From contig CANSOY010000004.1 in assembly GCA_947648765.1 (NCBI GenBank), positions 1-53,132 on the forward strand: a DNA stretch of 53,132 nucleotides, written 5' to 3'. The translations under genes were made by a program, and so were the position numbers. Numbering within the stretch: position 1 is the stretch's first letter; each line of letters starts with the position of its first letter. Of the stretch, positions 29,349-39,400 are shown piece by piece. The notes beneath the pieces are model-generated. The model was not told the DNA's origin. It did no database searches and was given only the letters and a program-made list of their open reading frames with translations. The DNA comes from an uncultured Clostridium sp. (GTDB taxonomy: Bacteria > Bacillota > Clostridia > TANB77 > CAG-508).

Positions 29349-29747
29349 ATGAGAATTATGCTAGATACGAATATCTTAATTTCTATTGCAATTTTTCATA
29401 GCAACACTCTAAAGGAACTATTAGTCAATATCTGTGACCATCATACATTAGTATTAAGTTCCTATATAATAGAAGAATTAAAAGATGTAGTAAAGAAAAA
29501 ATTTCCTAATCAATCAAATCATTTGAACCAATTTTTATATCAAATACCTTATGAACTAAATTATATCCCACTTGAAGTACTTAGCAATTGCGATATTAGA
29601 ATAAGAGATAAAAAAGACTTACCAATACTCCATTCAGCTATTCTATCAGATGTAGACATCTTTATTACTGGAGATAAAGACTTTAAGGATATTTCTATTG
29701 AAAAACCAGAGATTTTGACAGCAAGCGAGTTTTTAGAAAAGTATTAA
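29349..29747 (+). CDS. PIN-domain toxin
   Basis: MRIMLDTNILIS...IRDKKDLPIL...DIFITGDKDF. Confidence 0.92.
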   Translation: MRIMLDTNILISIAIFHSNTLKELLVNICDHHTLVLSSYIIEELKDVVKKKFPNQSNHLNQFLYQIPYELNYIPLEVLSNCDIRIRDKKDLPILHSAILSDVDIFITGDKDFKDISIEKPEILTASEFLEKY

Positions 29748-29758
29748 CAAACGAAAAT

Positions 29759-29783
29759 GGAAGAGAATAATCTCTTCCGTTTT
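29759..29783. repeat. 25-bp direct repeat, copy 2
   Basis: Identical to 28977-29001. Confidence 0.85.
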
Positions 29784-29789
29784 TCTTTA

Positions 29790-30404
29790 TTAGTATTTTT
29801 CATAATCTGAAAAGTCTGGCATTTGTACATCTGCATCTGTTACAATTCCAAATTTATAAGAGTAATTTTTCGTCGTATTTACATTTAATTCTCTTACGAC
29901 TAGCCCGGTTTCTTTTTCTACCCAAATAATTAAGTCTTTTGCCAATCGAACTTCGTAGCAATCTTTTCCATTACATTCAGTTGAAATAATCTTACTTTCA
30001 ACTGCTGTTTGCCATAGAAACTCTGGTTGTATATATAGCGTTATGGTTCGGATTAGTGATATGTATTTTCCTTGTTGCTCAAGGTATGTCTTTTGTCCTA
30101 CTTTTTGAAAATCTGTTGCCATGTATGCTACGCCTTCAAATTCTCCATAATAGTTAAAGGTATCATTTGGTTGCTTATCGATTGCCTTAAAGTTATCTCC
30201 TTTTACATAGGCTTCTACGTCCCCGTTTCCGTCTATTTGTACATAACAGTTTGTATTTTTGTCTGTTTCTGCTGCCGTTGCAAGCAATTCCTTAATAATA
30301 CTAACTTTGCGAATGGTCAAAACAAGTAAAACTGCAAGAATAAGTGCAATAACAGTTAGGATAGATACGACAATTTTTTTCACTGGTACTTTTTTCTGTT
30401 CCAT
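29790..30404 (-). CDS. Membrane-anchored hypothetical protein; C-terminus resembles the extracellular domain of the anti-sigma at 11180
   Basis: N-terminal TM; NGKDCYEV..WVEKETGLVVR..YSYKFGIVTDADVQMPD. Confidence 0.75.
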   Translation of the reverse strand: MEQKKVPVKKIVVSILTVIALILAVLLVLTIRKVSIIKELLATAAETDKNTNCYVQIDGNGDVEAYVKGDNFKAIDKQPNDTFNYYGEFEGVAYMATDFQKVGQKTYLEQQGKYISLIRTITLYIQPEFLWQTAVESKIISTECNGKDCYEVRLAKDLIIWVEKETGLVVRELNVNTTKNYSYKFGIVTDADVQMPDFSDYEKY

Positions 30405-30450
30405 ATTTTTTGCCCTTTCTGTTGTTTTAATCTGACTATATCATTCTTTT

Positions 30451-31539
30451 TTATGATTGGATTGTGCTCGTACTAGTTGCTGGCTCTAACACCCAAGGGT
30501 TAGTTTCTGTTCCACTGCTATCTTTGTTCATCATATCTACTTTTAAGTTCATCTCTAATTCTACAACTGGTCGCAAGTACGACATATTCATAACCTCACC
30601 TGGCTTGAAATACAAAGCGTCCCCACTAACAAGTCCACTGCGAATACGCATCTCTCCAAATTTCGGATACTCTTTTGTGGTATCCGTACAGCGTGTTGCT
30701 AGATAATATTCTTTCTCACTGCTCATAAATAGTTCATAATAGATTGGTAGGATAAAATCACTGGCTTGTAATTCTTTTTTCCAGAAAGTTTGCTTAACTG
30801 TTAAATTTTGACTTGCCTTTTTCGCACCATTCATAATATTTTTTTGCTCGCTTGCCGTCAAGCCTTTTCCTTCTTTTCCATCGATGGTTTGTCCCGTTTC
30901 TTTTTCAAAAATGGCTGGATATCTCATCGTATCTTCTAGGGTATATTCCATCGTTTCACCATATTTGGTAACACCGTTATCATAAGAAGCAAAATCGAAG
31001 TCTGGACTGAAATAAGCTTGTACATCTTCTAGTTTGATACTACGTGCTATCCCTAGTTCAGGATTACTATACAAGGTATCACAAATATCATTTAGCACAT
31101 ACACAATATTGTTGTATCCGTCAATCCCCTTAAATGTAACATAATCTCCATCTGCTGGTTTATCGCTGATTAAAATGAGTTGGGTTTTATCTTTGGAAAG
31201 TCCTAACACTCTCCATTTGAGGTTCGTATCTCTTTCGACTGTTTGGCTGAGGTCTGCTCCTGTATTGCTTTTTCCCAATGGATAACTGCTTTCTCCTTTT
31301 GGGGTATAACTTACATAGTCTCCCACATGGATTTTTCCCTCTACTTTTCCAGTTTCGTCAAAATTACGAATAAGCGATTGATAATCTGTTTTGACTGGCT
31401 CTACCTCTGCTTCTTTTAATAGTTCAAACACAGGTGTTCCACCGTCTTGTCGGTATTTCCAATAGAAAAATCCGCCGGCTATTAGAATGACAAGTAGTAG
31501 CAATAATACAAAGGTCGTATCTCCACTTCTTTTCTTCAT
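30451..31539 (-). CDS. Membrane-anchored extracellular hypothetical protein
   Basis: N-terminal TM; IHVGDYVSYTP, WRVLG, LRPVVEL motifs. Confidence 0.75.
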   Translation of the reverse strand: MKKRSGDTTFVLLLLLVILIAGGFFYWKYRQDGGTPVFELLKEAEVEPVKTDYQSLIRNFDETGKVEGKIHVGDYVSYTPKGESSYPLGKSNTGADLSQTVERDTNLKWRVLGLSKDKTQLILISDKPADGDYVTFKGIDGYNNIVYVLNDICDTLYSNPELGIARSIKLEDVQAYFSPDFDFASYDNGVTKYGETMEYTLEDTMRYPAIFEKETGQTIDGKEGKGLTASEQKNIMNGAKKASQNLTVKQTFWKKELQASDFILPIYYELFMSSEKEYYLATRCTDTTKEYPKFGEMRIRSGLVSGDALYFKPGEVMNMSYLRPVVELEMNLKVDMMNKDSSGTETNPWVLEPATSTSTIQS

Positions 31540-31549
31540 TTTTTCCCCC

Positions 31550-32848
31550 TTATATAATATCTAAAATAACTGGTTGTTTTGCTTGTTCTTCTGGTACAAT
31601 TTGATAGATTTGTGTCAGTTCTTCTTGTGCTTTTTTTGCTCGTTCTTCGTCGTTTGCGTGAATATAGGCAAGGACTTCTCCTTGTCCTACTTTGTCCCCT
31701 CTTTTTTTGACCAATTGTAGCCCTACTTCTGGCAAGATAGTATCTTCTTTGCGAACTCTCCCTGCACCTAGTTGCATTGATACTTTTCCAACTGCCTCTG
31801 CATTTAATTCTGCTATCCAGCCATTTTCTTGTGCTATCACTGGTAAGATAACATTGGCCTTTGGAAATTTCTCTGGATTCGTTAGATAGCTACTATCTCC
31901 ACCTTGGTTTTCGACTAATTCTTGAAATTTAGCAAATGCCTTTCCGCCTGCAATACACGCTTTCATGACTTGTTTGTTTTCGGCAATATCCTCGCCTTTT
32001 CCGGCTAATTTTAGCATATATGCACCCAAGGTTAGTACCACTTCTTCTACATCTTGCTCCATATTACCATGCAATGCTTCGATTGCCTCTACTACTTCTA
32101 GTGCATTTCCCACATAAGTTCCAAGTGGCTCCTCCATATTGGTTAATACACACACGGTTTCTTTTTCGGCTAATTTTCCGATTTTGTTCATTTCAATTGC
32201 AAGGCTTGTCGCTTGCTCACGTGTTTTCATAAATGCACCAGAGCCACAAGTTACATCCAGTACAATCTTGCTAGCTCCTGCAGCAATCTTTTTGCTCATA
32301 ATGCTAGATGCAATCAGTGGAATACTTTCGGTACAACTAATGGTATCTCGTAAAGCATAGAGCTTTTTATCTGCTGGTGCTAGATTAAGCGTTTGTCCGA
32401 TTAAACTAATTCCAATTTTTTGCACATTGGCTAAAAACTCTTCTACTTCAATCCCAGTTCGGTATCCTGGAATGGCCTCAAGTTTGTCAATGGTTCCTCC
32501 GGTATAGCCAAGCCCTCTTCCAGACATTTTAGCAACAGGAACCCCAAGAGCTGCAATGGTTGGCATCAAAATAAGGCTAACTTTATCTCCAATTCCTCCA
32601 GTTGAGTGTTTGTCTACAACCGTTCCAAAAGAAGATAAATCTAGCACATCACCAGAATATGCCATTTCCATTGTTAAATTCGTGGTTTCTTCTTCATTCA
32701 TTCCGTTGAGATAAATGGCCATCATAAGTGCTGCTGCTTGATAATCGGTAATAGTTTCTTCGGTATAACCATGTACAAAATATGCAATCTCGTCTTTCGA
32801 AAGTACCTGTTTATCTCGTTTCTTTGCTATGATTTCTTGAATATTCAT
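31550..32848 (-). CDS. pdp: Pyrimidine-nucleoside/thymidine phosphorylase
   Basis: DKHSTGGIGDK, KMSGRGLGYTGGTIDKLE, SIMSKKIAAG. Confidence 0.95.
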   Translation of the reverse strand: MNIQEIIAKKRDKQVLSKDEIAYFVHGYTEETITDYQAAALMMAIYLNGMNEEETTNLTMEMAYSGDVLDLSSFGTVVDKHSTGGIGDKVSLILMPTIAALGVPVAKMSGRGLGYTGGTIDKLEAIPGYRTGIEVEEFLANVQKIGISLIGQTLNLAPADKKLYALRDTISCTESIPLIASSIMSKKIAAGASKIVLDVTCGSGAFMKTREQATSLAIEMNKIGKLAEKETVCVLTNMEEPLGTYVGNALEVVEAIEALHGNMEQDVEEVVLTLGAYMLKLAGKGEDIAENKQVMKACIAGGKAFAKFQELVENQGGDSSYLTNPEKFPKANVILPVIAQENGWIAELNAEAVGKVSMQLGAGRVRKEDTILPEVGLQLVKKRGDKVGQGEVLAYIHANDEERAKKAQEELTQIYQIVPEEQAKQPVILDII

Positions 32849-32863
32849 CGATTTCTCCTTTGT

Positions 32864-33493
32864 TTATCTTACAATATTTTTGGTAAAACTTCTACGGTGA
32901 ATTGGACAGAGTCCGTGTTCTCGAATAGCTTGAATATGTGCTGCTGTTCCATATCCTTTGTGTTTTTCAAACCCGTACACAGGATATCTTTCGTCCATTT
33001 GACGCATAATGCGATCCCTGGTTACTTTTGCCAAAATGGAGGCAGCTGCTATGCTATAGCATTTCGCATCTCCTTTAATAATGGAATCGTAAGGAACACC
33101 ACAAGTATCGATTCCGGTTAGGGCATCTACTAAGATACGGTCTGATTTCACGCTTAGTCCTTGAATAGCAGTCGTTACTCCTACTTTGGTAGCATTTAGA
33201 ATATTGATACGGTCAATCTCTTTTTCGTCAATTAGAGCAATGGAATAACTAATTGCTTCTGCAATAATCTGGTCATACAGTAATTCTCTTTTCTTTTCGG
33301 ATACTTTTTTGGAATCATTGACTCCCTCGATTTTCGAGTCTTTTGGCATAATTACGGCTGCAACAGCAACAGGACCAGCTAGTGGTCCTCTTCCTGCTTC
33401 ATCAATCCCACAAAGATACTCCATTCCTTGGTCAAAATATCCTTGCTCCATTTTTTTTAGTTCGTTTAGGCGTAACTCTTCTTTTTCCTTCAT
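32864..33493 (-). CDS. rnhB: Ribonuclease HII
   Basis: GIDEAGRGPLAGPV, DSKK, KGDA, IAAASILAKVTRD, HKGYGT. Confidence 0.96.
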   Translation of the reverse strand: MKEKEELRLNELKKMEQGYFDQGMEYLCGIDEAGRGPLAGPVAVAAVIMPKDSKIEGVNDSKKVSEKKRELLYDQIIAEAISYSIALIDEKEIDRINILNATKVGVTTAIQGLSVKSDRILVDALTGIDTCGVPYDSIIKGDAKCYSIAAASILAKVTRDRIMRQMDERYPVYGFEKHKGYGTAAHIQAIREHGLCPIHRRSFTKNIVR

Positions 33494-33500
33494 TTTCTGG

Positions 33501-33995
33501 TTATTCTTCCTCTCCTGGATTGCTGTAATAGTCCTCGGTTAATTCAGATAATGTATGGTACACTTTTCCTTCTTTATCTTTTACCTCTTCATTTGTAATG
33601 ACATCTTTCATGCCATAGTGCACAAAATAGTATTGGTTTTCTTTGAGTGGGATACTGTTTAATCCCATCTCGTCTAACTCTTCTCGTCCTAAGCGATAAT
33701 ATTCGTCTACTTCTTCGCCAAAGATGCCACCTTCTATCATGCGCTGAATTTCTGGGTCGTCTTTTAATTCAGATACTTTGGTTCCTTTGAAGGAGTTTTC
33801 CTCGGAATTCATTTTGACAGAACCATCAATCATTTTAATTTTGCTTTGAATTTTAAGCATATTTGTTTTAATGGTCTCTAGCCCATTATCTGTTACTGTT
33901 CGTTTCGTAAAATGAAAGAATAGGACAATAACAGCAATAATGAGTAGCACACATAGGATGAGCATAATTACTCCCATTCCTTTTTCATTTTTCAT
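33501..33995 (-). CDS. Prepilin-like small membrane protein
   Basis: MKNEKG followed by a hydrophobic helix, resembling a class III signal peptide. Confidence 0.6.
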   Translation of the reverse strand: MKNEKGMGVIMLILCVLLIIAVIVLFFHFTKRTVTDNGLETIKTNMLKIQSKIKMIDGSVKMNSEENSFKGTKVSELKDDPEIQRMIEGGIFGEEVDEYYRLGREELDEMGLNSIPLKENQYYFVHYGMKDVITNEEVKDKEGKVYHTLSELTEDYYSNPGEEE

Positions 33996-34846
33996 GTTTC
34001 TTTCCTCCTCGTTAATTGGTTTCGTATTTGTTCTTGTAAGCCAAGCATGATAACGGTTGCAACAATGGCAATTACAATTTGTAGCAATGCAATGATTGCT
34101 GTTCGGATTGGCTCTTCTACATATTTGATTGGAAATATCACTTTATATTCGATAAAATTGAAAACCAGAATAGATAAAGAATATTTTCCGCAAAACGCAA
34201 GACTCTTGGTTAGTTTTGGCAACTTTTCCTCGATTTTCTTGGACAGTGCACATACTAATATGGTACCACAAACCGCATTGAAAAGTCCACTCCCGAAAAA
34301 GCCATATTTTCTTGTTGCAATATCCGTATATGGTAAAACGAGCACTAAGCAAAGCCAAATTGGAAAAAGTACCAAGATTACTTTTGGCTTGCAAAGTTTT
34401 GGTAATAACTCTTTTTTCTTAGCAAGATAGCCCAAGAAAGTAAGGAATAGGCAGGTCATTGCTACATCTAGTCGAAATGGCAGATACCATTGAAATATAC
34501 CAAACAAATAGCCAATGATGGATAATACAAGGCAAGCAATTCCTACTAGGATAAGTGTATGCTTTTCTTTCCCTAATTTCCTTACCAAATGGAAAATACA
34601 TGTAAATAGAATCTTATTGCAAACGAGAAATGGTAGAAACCATAAATGAGAAAGGAGTACTTTCTTTGGTTCTACAAGCATAGCCAAAATTACTTTAACA
34701 CATTCTACAACAGTAAAATCTACGTGATAGCCAAAATAGTAAATGGCATACACAACTGCCCACGCGCCAATCGTTACAAGCATTAATTTTGCCATCTTTC
34801 CTAAAGTCGTTGGATTCGTTTCTTTGGTTCCATTTTTCTTCCTCAT
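33992..34846 (-). CDS. Acyltransferase-3 family membrane protein, possibly N-terminally truncated
   Basis: Multiple TMs, HLWFLPFL, LPFRLD, FCGKYSLSI. Confidence 0.7.
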   Translation of the reverse strand: MRKKNGTKETNPTTLGKMAKLMLVTIGAWAVVYAIYYFGYHVDFTVVECVKVILAMLVEPKKVLLSHLWFLPFLVCNKILFTCIFHLVRKLGKEKHTLILVGIACLVLSIIGYLFGIFQWYLPFRLDVAMTCLFLTFLGYLAKKKELLPKLCKPKVILVLFPIWLCLVLVLPYTDIATRKYGFFGSGLFNAVCGTILVCALSKKIEEKLPKLTKSLAFCGKYSLSILVFNFIEYKVIFPIKYVEEPIRTAIIALLQIVIAIVATVIMLGLQEQIRNQLTRRKET

Positions 34847-35004
34847 TCGTTCTTTTTTCTTATTATATCGATTTATCTGTTTTTTCGCAATCTTTTTCTA
34901 TTTTTTGAAAAATCCTTTGAATTTTCATATTTTTTTCACATTTCTGTTGTATGATAATACAAAAATTTAGTATATTATATAGAAAGAACATTAGGAGGAA
35001 TGAA

Positions 35005-36309
35005 ATGGAAAACAAAGAAAATCTAAATCCAAAAACAACGAAAAAGCAAACAGACAGTTCAGAGTTCAAGACCGTAAAGGCTGGTACTTCGACCAATTAT
35101 ACCTTTTCGGAGGAAGCCCCAAAGAAGAAAAAATCTTCTAGCACACATTTTGGTACACAAGTTGTACTCCCTTTCTTTAGTGGATTACTTGGTACTGTTG
35201 TAGTTCTCGGCTCTTGCTTGTATGTTCCATCTGTTCGTAGCCGTTTGGTCGAGATATTAGGAGCCAATACCCAATCGCAAACGACAACCAGTGTTTCCAA
35301 TCCAATTAACAATATCCTTTCGGAGAATAAGAGTCTCGTATCTCTTTCCAATTTATCCGAGACAGGAATTGGTGTAGCAAGTAAAGTACAACCTTCCATT
35401 GTAGGAATTACGGTAGAATATTCCATCAATTCGCCTTTTAGTAACAGTACTTCTACAGCAAAAGCAGAGGGCTCTGGCATCATTATTCGTGAAGATGGCT
35501 ATATCTTAACCAACAACCATGTCGTTAATTCGACTAGCACTTCTTCCTTTTATGAAGTGGGGAAAGCCAATAAGGTAACCGTATACTTGCACAATGAGGA
35601 AGTACCTTTTGAAGGAAAGATTATTGGAACTGATGAGCAGACAGACCTTGCTGTTATTAAAATTGAAAAAACTGGTCTTCCAGCGGCTGAACTTGGCAAT
35701 TCTAGTACGGTACAAGTCGGTGAATTTGCAATGGCTGTTGGTAACCCACTTGGTATGGAAAGCAGTGTTACCAGTGGTATTGTAAGTGCTGTTAATCGTG
35801 AGATAACTGACTCAGACGGTATTACCTATTCTTTAATTCAAACCGATGCTGCGATCAACTCTGGGAACAGTGGTGGTGCTTTAGTAAACGCCAAAGGACA
35901 AGTCATTGGTGTTAATTTCTTAAAAGTTTCAGGAACTGGTGTAGAAGGTCTTGGCTTTGCTATTCCAGTCAATGACGCCAAAGAAATTGCCGAGCAACTC
36001 ATTCAATACAACAAAGTAAAACGACCATATATGGGTATTTCTGGACTTGATTTAAGTAAGCAAGAAGCACAACGTTATCGTTTAGTAGAAGGTATTTATA
36101 TCCGAAGTGTTGAAGATTTTTCTGCTGCTCAAAAAGCAGACCTTCGCATCGGTGATGTCATTATTAAATTTGATGGAAAAGATGTCAAAACTATGAACGA
36201 ATTAAATGCCATTAAAAATACGCATAAAATTGGCGATGAAATAACACTTGTTGTAAACCGCTCTGGAGAAGAGAAAGAGATTATAATAACACTTTCTGAA
36301 CAACCATAA
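35005..36309 (+). CDS. htrA: HtrA/DegP serine protease with a PDZ domain
   Basis: GSGIII..DGYILTNNHVV, TDLAVIKI, IQTDAAINSGNSGGAL, C-terminal PDZ. Confidence 0.95.
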   Translation: MENKENLNPKTTKKQTDSSEFKTVKAGTSTNYTFSEEAPKKKKSSSTHFGTQVVLPFFSGLLGTVVVLGSCLYVPSVRSRLVEILGANTQSQTTTSVSNPINNILSENKSLVSLSNLSETGIGVASKVQPSIVGITVEYSINSPFSNSTSTAKAEGSGIIIREDGYILTNNHVVNSTSTSSFYEVGKANKVTVYLHNEEVPFEGKIIGTDEQTDLAVIKIEKTGLPAAELGNSSTVQVGEFAMAVGNPLGMESSVTSGIVSAVNREITDSDGITYSLIQTDAAINSGNSGGALVNAKGQVIGVNFLKVSGTGVEGLGFAIPVNDAKEIAEQLIQYNKVKRPYMGISGLDLSKQEAQRYRLVEGIYIRSVEDFSAAQKADLRIGDVIIKFDGKDVKTMNELNAIKNTHKIGDEITLVVNRSGEEKEIIITLSEQP

Positions 36310-36471
36310 AAAGAAAAATTTTAATTTTTTTCAAAAAAGCACACTAAATTCACACAATGGGCAAAAACGAATGGTATATTATATTCAAGTTGAGATAATC
36401 AACGAAAAACATCCCCTTTTATTTTCTAAAAAGAACAGCATCTAGCCTCAAGCTAGATGCTTTCTATTTGT

Positions 36472-39400
36472 TTATAACACAATTTCAATTTGGTAAATGC
36501 CACCTTGTTGGTTCAAATGAATTTGCTTATCTGGCACATCCTCCCCATTGCAAGTCCATGTTCCTGGCCCTGTTTGATTCTGGTTCGGATTTTGTATCTT
36601 AATATGATAAATACTTTCCCCATAACGGAAATGAATTTCATATTCTTTCCACTCTTTTGGAATACAAGGTTCTAGCATAAGCACTTCTTTTTCAATTTTC
36701 AGTCCTAATAAATAGCGAATGCCTGCTAAAAAAGCCCAACTGCTCGAACCAGTATACCAAGTCCAGCCACCTCTTCCGGCTAGATTTCCAATGCCATATA
36801 TATCTGCTGGCATAACATAGGGTTCTACCTTGTATCGGTTTGCTGCTTCTTTGGTTTTGGTATGCTCAATCGGATTTAGCATTTGAAAATACGCAAATGC
36901 TTTTTCTGGAAAGCCTAGCATACACTCTGCAATAATGCACCACATAGCCGCATGGGTATATTGTCCACCGTTTTCCCTCGTTCCTGGCAAGTACGACTTA
37001 ATATATCCTGGCTCTAATTCGCTGTTTTCAAATGGTGGGTCTAGCAATTTAATCAATCCTAAATCTTCTTTGACGAGATAACGCTCCAGACTTTCCATCG
37101 CGATATATTGCTTATCATTATCGCCTGCGCGAGAAATAACAGACCACGATTGCGAAATGCTATCAATTTTGCATTCTGTATTTTGGCGACTTCCCAATTC
37201 TTGGTTTTCGTCTGTAAAGGCTCGTTTATACCAACTGCCATCCCAAGCATTTTGATTTAAGTTCTTTTTCAAAAACTCCTTCTTTTGTGCATAATCTTCT
37301 GCTTGTTTCGTATCGCCTCTTTCTTGGCATAGGCTTTGCATCTGGTCTAAAACCGTATAGAGGAAAAATCCAAGCCAGACACTCTCTCCTTTTCCCTTGT
37401 TTCCAACCGTATTCATTCCATCGTTCCAGTCCCCAGAACCGATCTTTGGAAGCCCATGCTCACCTAAGTTGTAGCCTTTTGCAATCGCTTTCTGGCAATG
37501 CTCATAAATGCTTCCTACTTGTTCTGTTAGTGGATAGGCATCATATTTTTCGTCTACCCCTTCTGGTAAAGGTGCTCCAGCACGATATGGTACCATTTCC
37601 TCTAAAATGCTTTTATCTCCGGTATATTGTACATATTGGCATACCACATATGGTAACCACAATAAATCATCTGAAAATCTGGTACGAATTCCCCTTCCTG
37701 TTTCTTCGTGCCACCAATGCTCTACATCTCCCTCTGGAAACTGATGACTTGCATGCTTCAAGATTTGCTCTTTGGTCTTATCTGGCTGAAAATATAGAAG
37801 GGAAAGCGAGTCTTGCAACTGGTCACGGAAGCCAAAGGCACCACCAGATTGGTAATAGCCACTTCTGGCTAGCATACGAGAAGCAATCGTCTGATACATA
37901 CACCACCCATTGAGTAGCAAATTGGTAGACTCAGATGGTGTTTTGACTTGCACCCTTCCTAGTATTTCTTCCCAGTTATGCTTTACTCTGCGATATTCTT
38001 CCATACAAATTGCGAAATCCGTGTATTTTTCAATCTGTTTTGAAATATCTGCTTTATTTTCTTCACAGCCTAGCAATAGGACAAGTTTCTTTTCTTCAAA
38101 AGCCTCTATCGTAATTCCGCACTTCGATGGCAATTCTGCCTTCTCGGAACAGTGCATTTTCGCCATCGAGATAGCCTTTGGCTAAACTTTCTGGCGAATC
38201 TAAACTGCCATTTCCAAAAAAAGAAAAACGATTTCCCGTGTAGGATTGAATGGTTTGGCTAGAAGCCACATATCCTACTTGTTTGCCATCCATTTGTACC
38301 TTATTTTCAAACAAGATACCATGCTTAGTTGCTTCTTCCGTTAATTCAAAAAAGGTGTGGGATTTACTTTCTTCTTCATCTAATACTGGTTTGATATAGT
38401 AAATGAGTTTCAAATTGCGTTTTTTCGGCTCTTGATTTTTCAAGGTTAGTACCTGTACTTTGACAGTGTCTTGCTCCGGTACAAAGACTAACATTTCCTG
38501 CTCCATTCCGCTGACTACTATGGGCATATTTGGCATATCCAAACCCATAGGTAATCTGGTATTTACGCTCATCTGGCATCGGATTTAAGCCTAAACTCCA
38601 CATGGCTTTTTGGTCTTCGTCTAGGAAATATACAACTTCCGATGGTACATCGGTTACGCCATTGTTGTTCCATGCAGTTAAACGATTTAAGCGTGAATTT
38701 TTGTAATACGTGTATCCGCCCATGGACTCGGTCAAAATACTGCCAAACTTTTTATTGGCAAGCACATGACTCCATACGGTTGGAGTACGCTCATTTTTCG
38801 ATACACAAATTTGGTATTCCTTGCCGTCTTTGCTAAAATGCCCATACCCATTCTCATACAAACCTTCTTCAACTGGTAAATCTTTGGTTTTGTCTTCTTC
38901 TAATAAAAATGTTTGTTTTTCTTTGTTTTCCATTCGTGTACTACCATGATGTGTTGCTGTTTCCTCTTCCATTTCATTTAATTGTTCTTCTAATGCTCCT
39001 TCATGGCAATCCACGATGAAATTAGCACGAAAAGCCAAGATTTCCTTATCTTCTTGGTCTTGAATATTATTGAGGACAAAGATACCATTTCTTTGATTTT
39101 GCAGATATAATAGATTGCGATTTGAAATGGCGTTTAAGATGGCATCTCGCACATAGCCTTCATAGTTTTCTTTTTCCTCATTTAGAATAACCAGTTCCAT
39201 TAAAATATTTTTCAAACGGTAATATTCATAGGCTTTGAGGACATCTTCTAACACTTCTCGGTCTGCCATTTGACTGATCTTCACAAGTAAAATTGGACTA
39301 TCTCCTGAAATTCCATATTTCCAGAGTTTTGTACTTTCTGCTGAGATTACTTTTGGAAGTTTGCTTGCTTGTTTTAATAGACTTGATCGTTGCAAATGAG

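Noticed and set aside
38096-38572. 158-aa ORF as an independent gene
   Set aside because: It is the middle segment of the glucan synthase between the two CGG sites.
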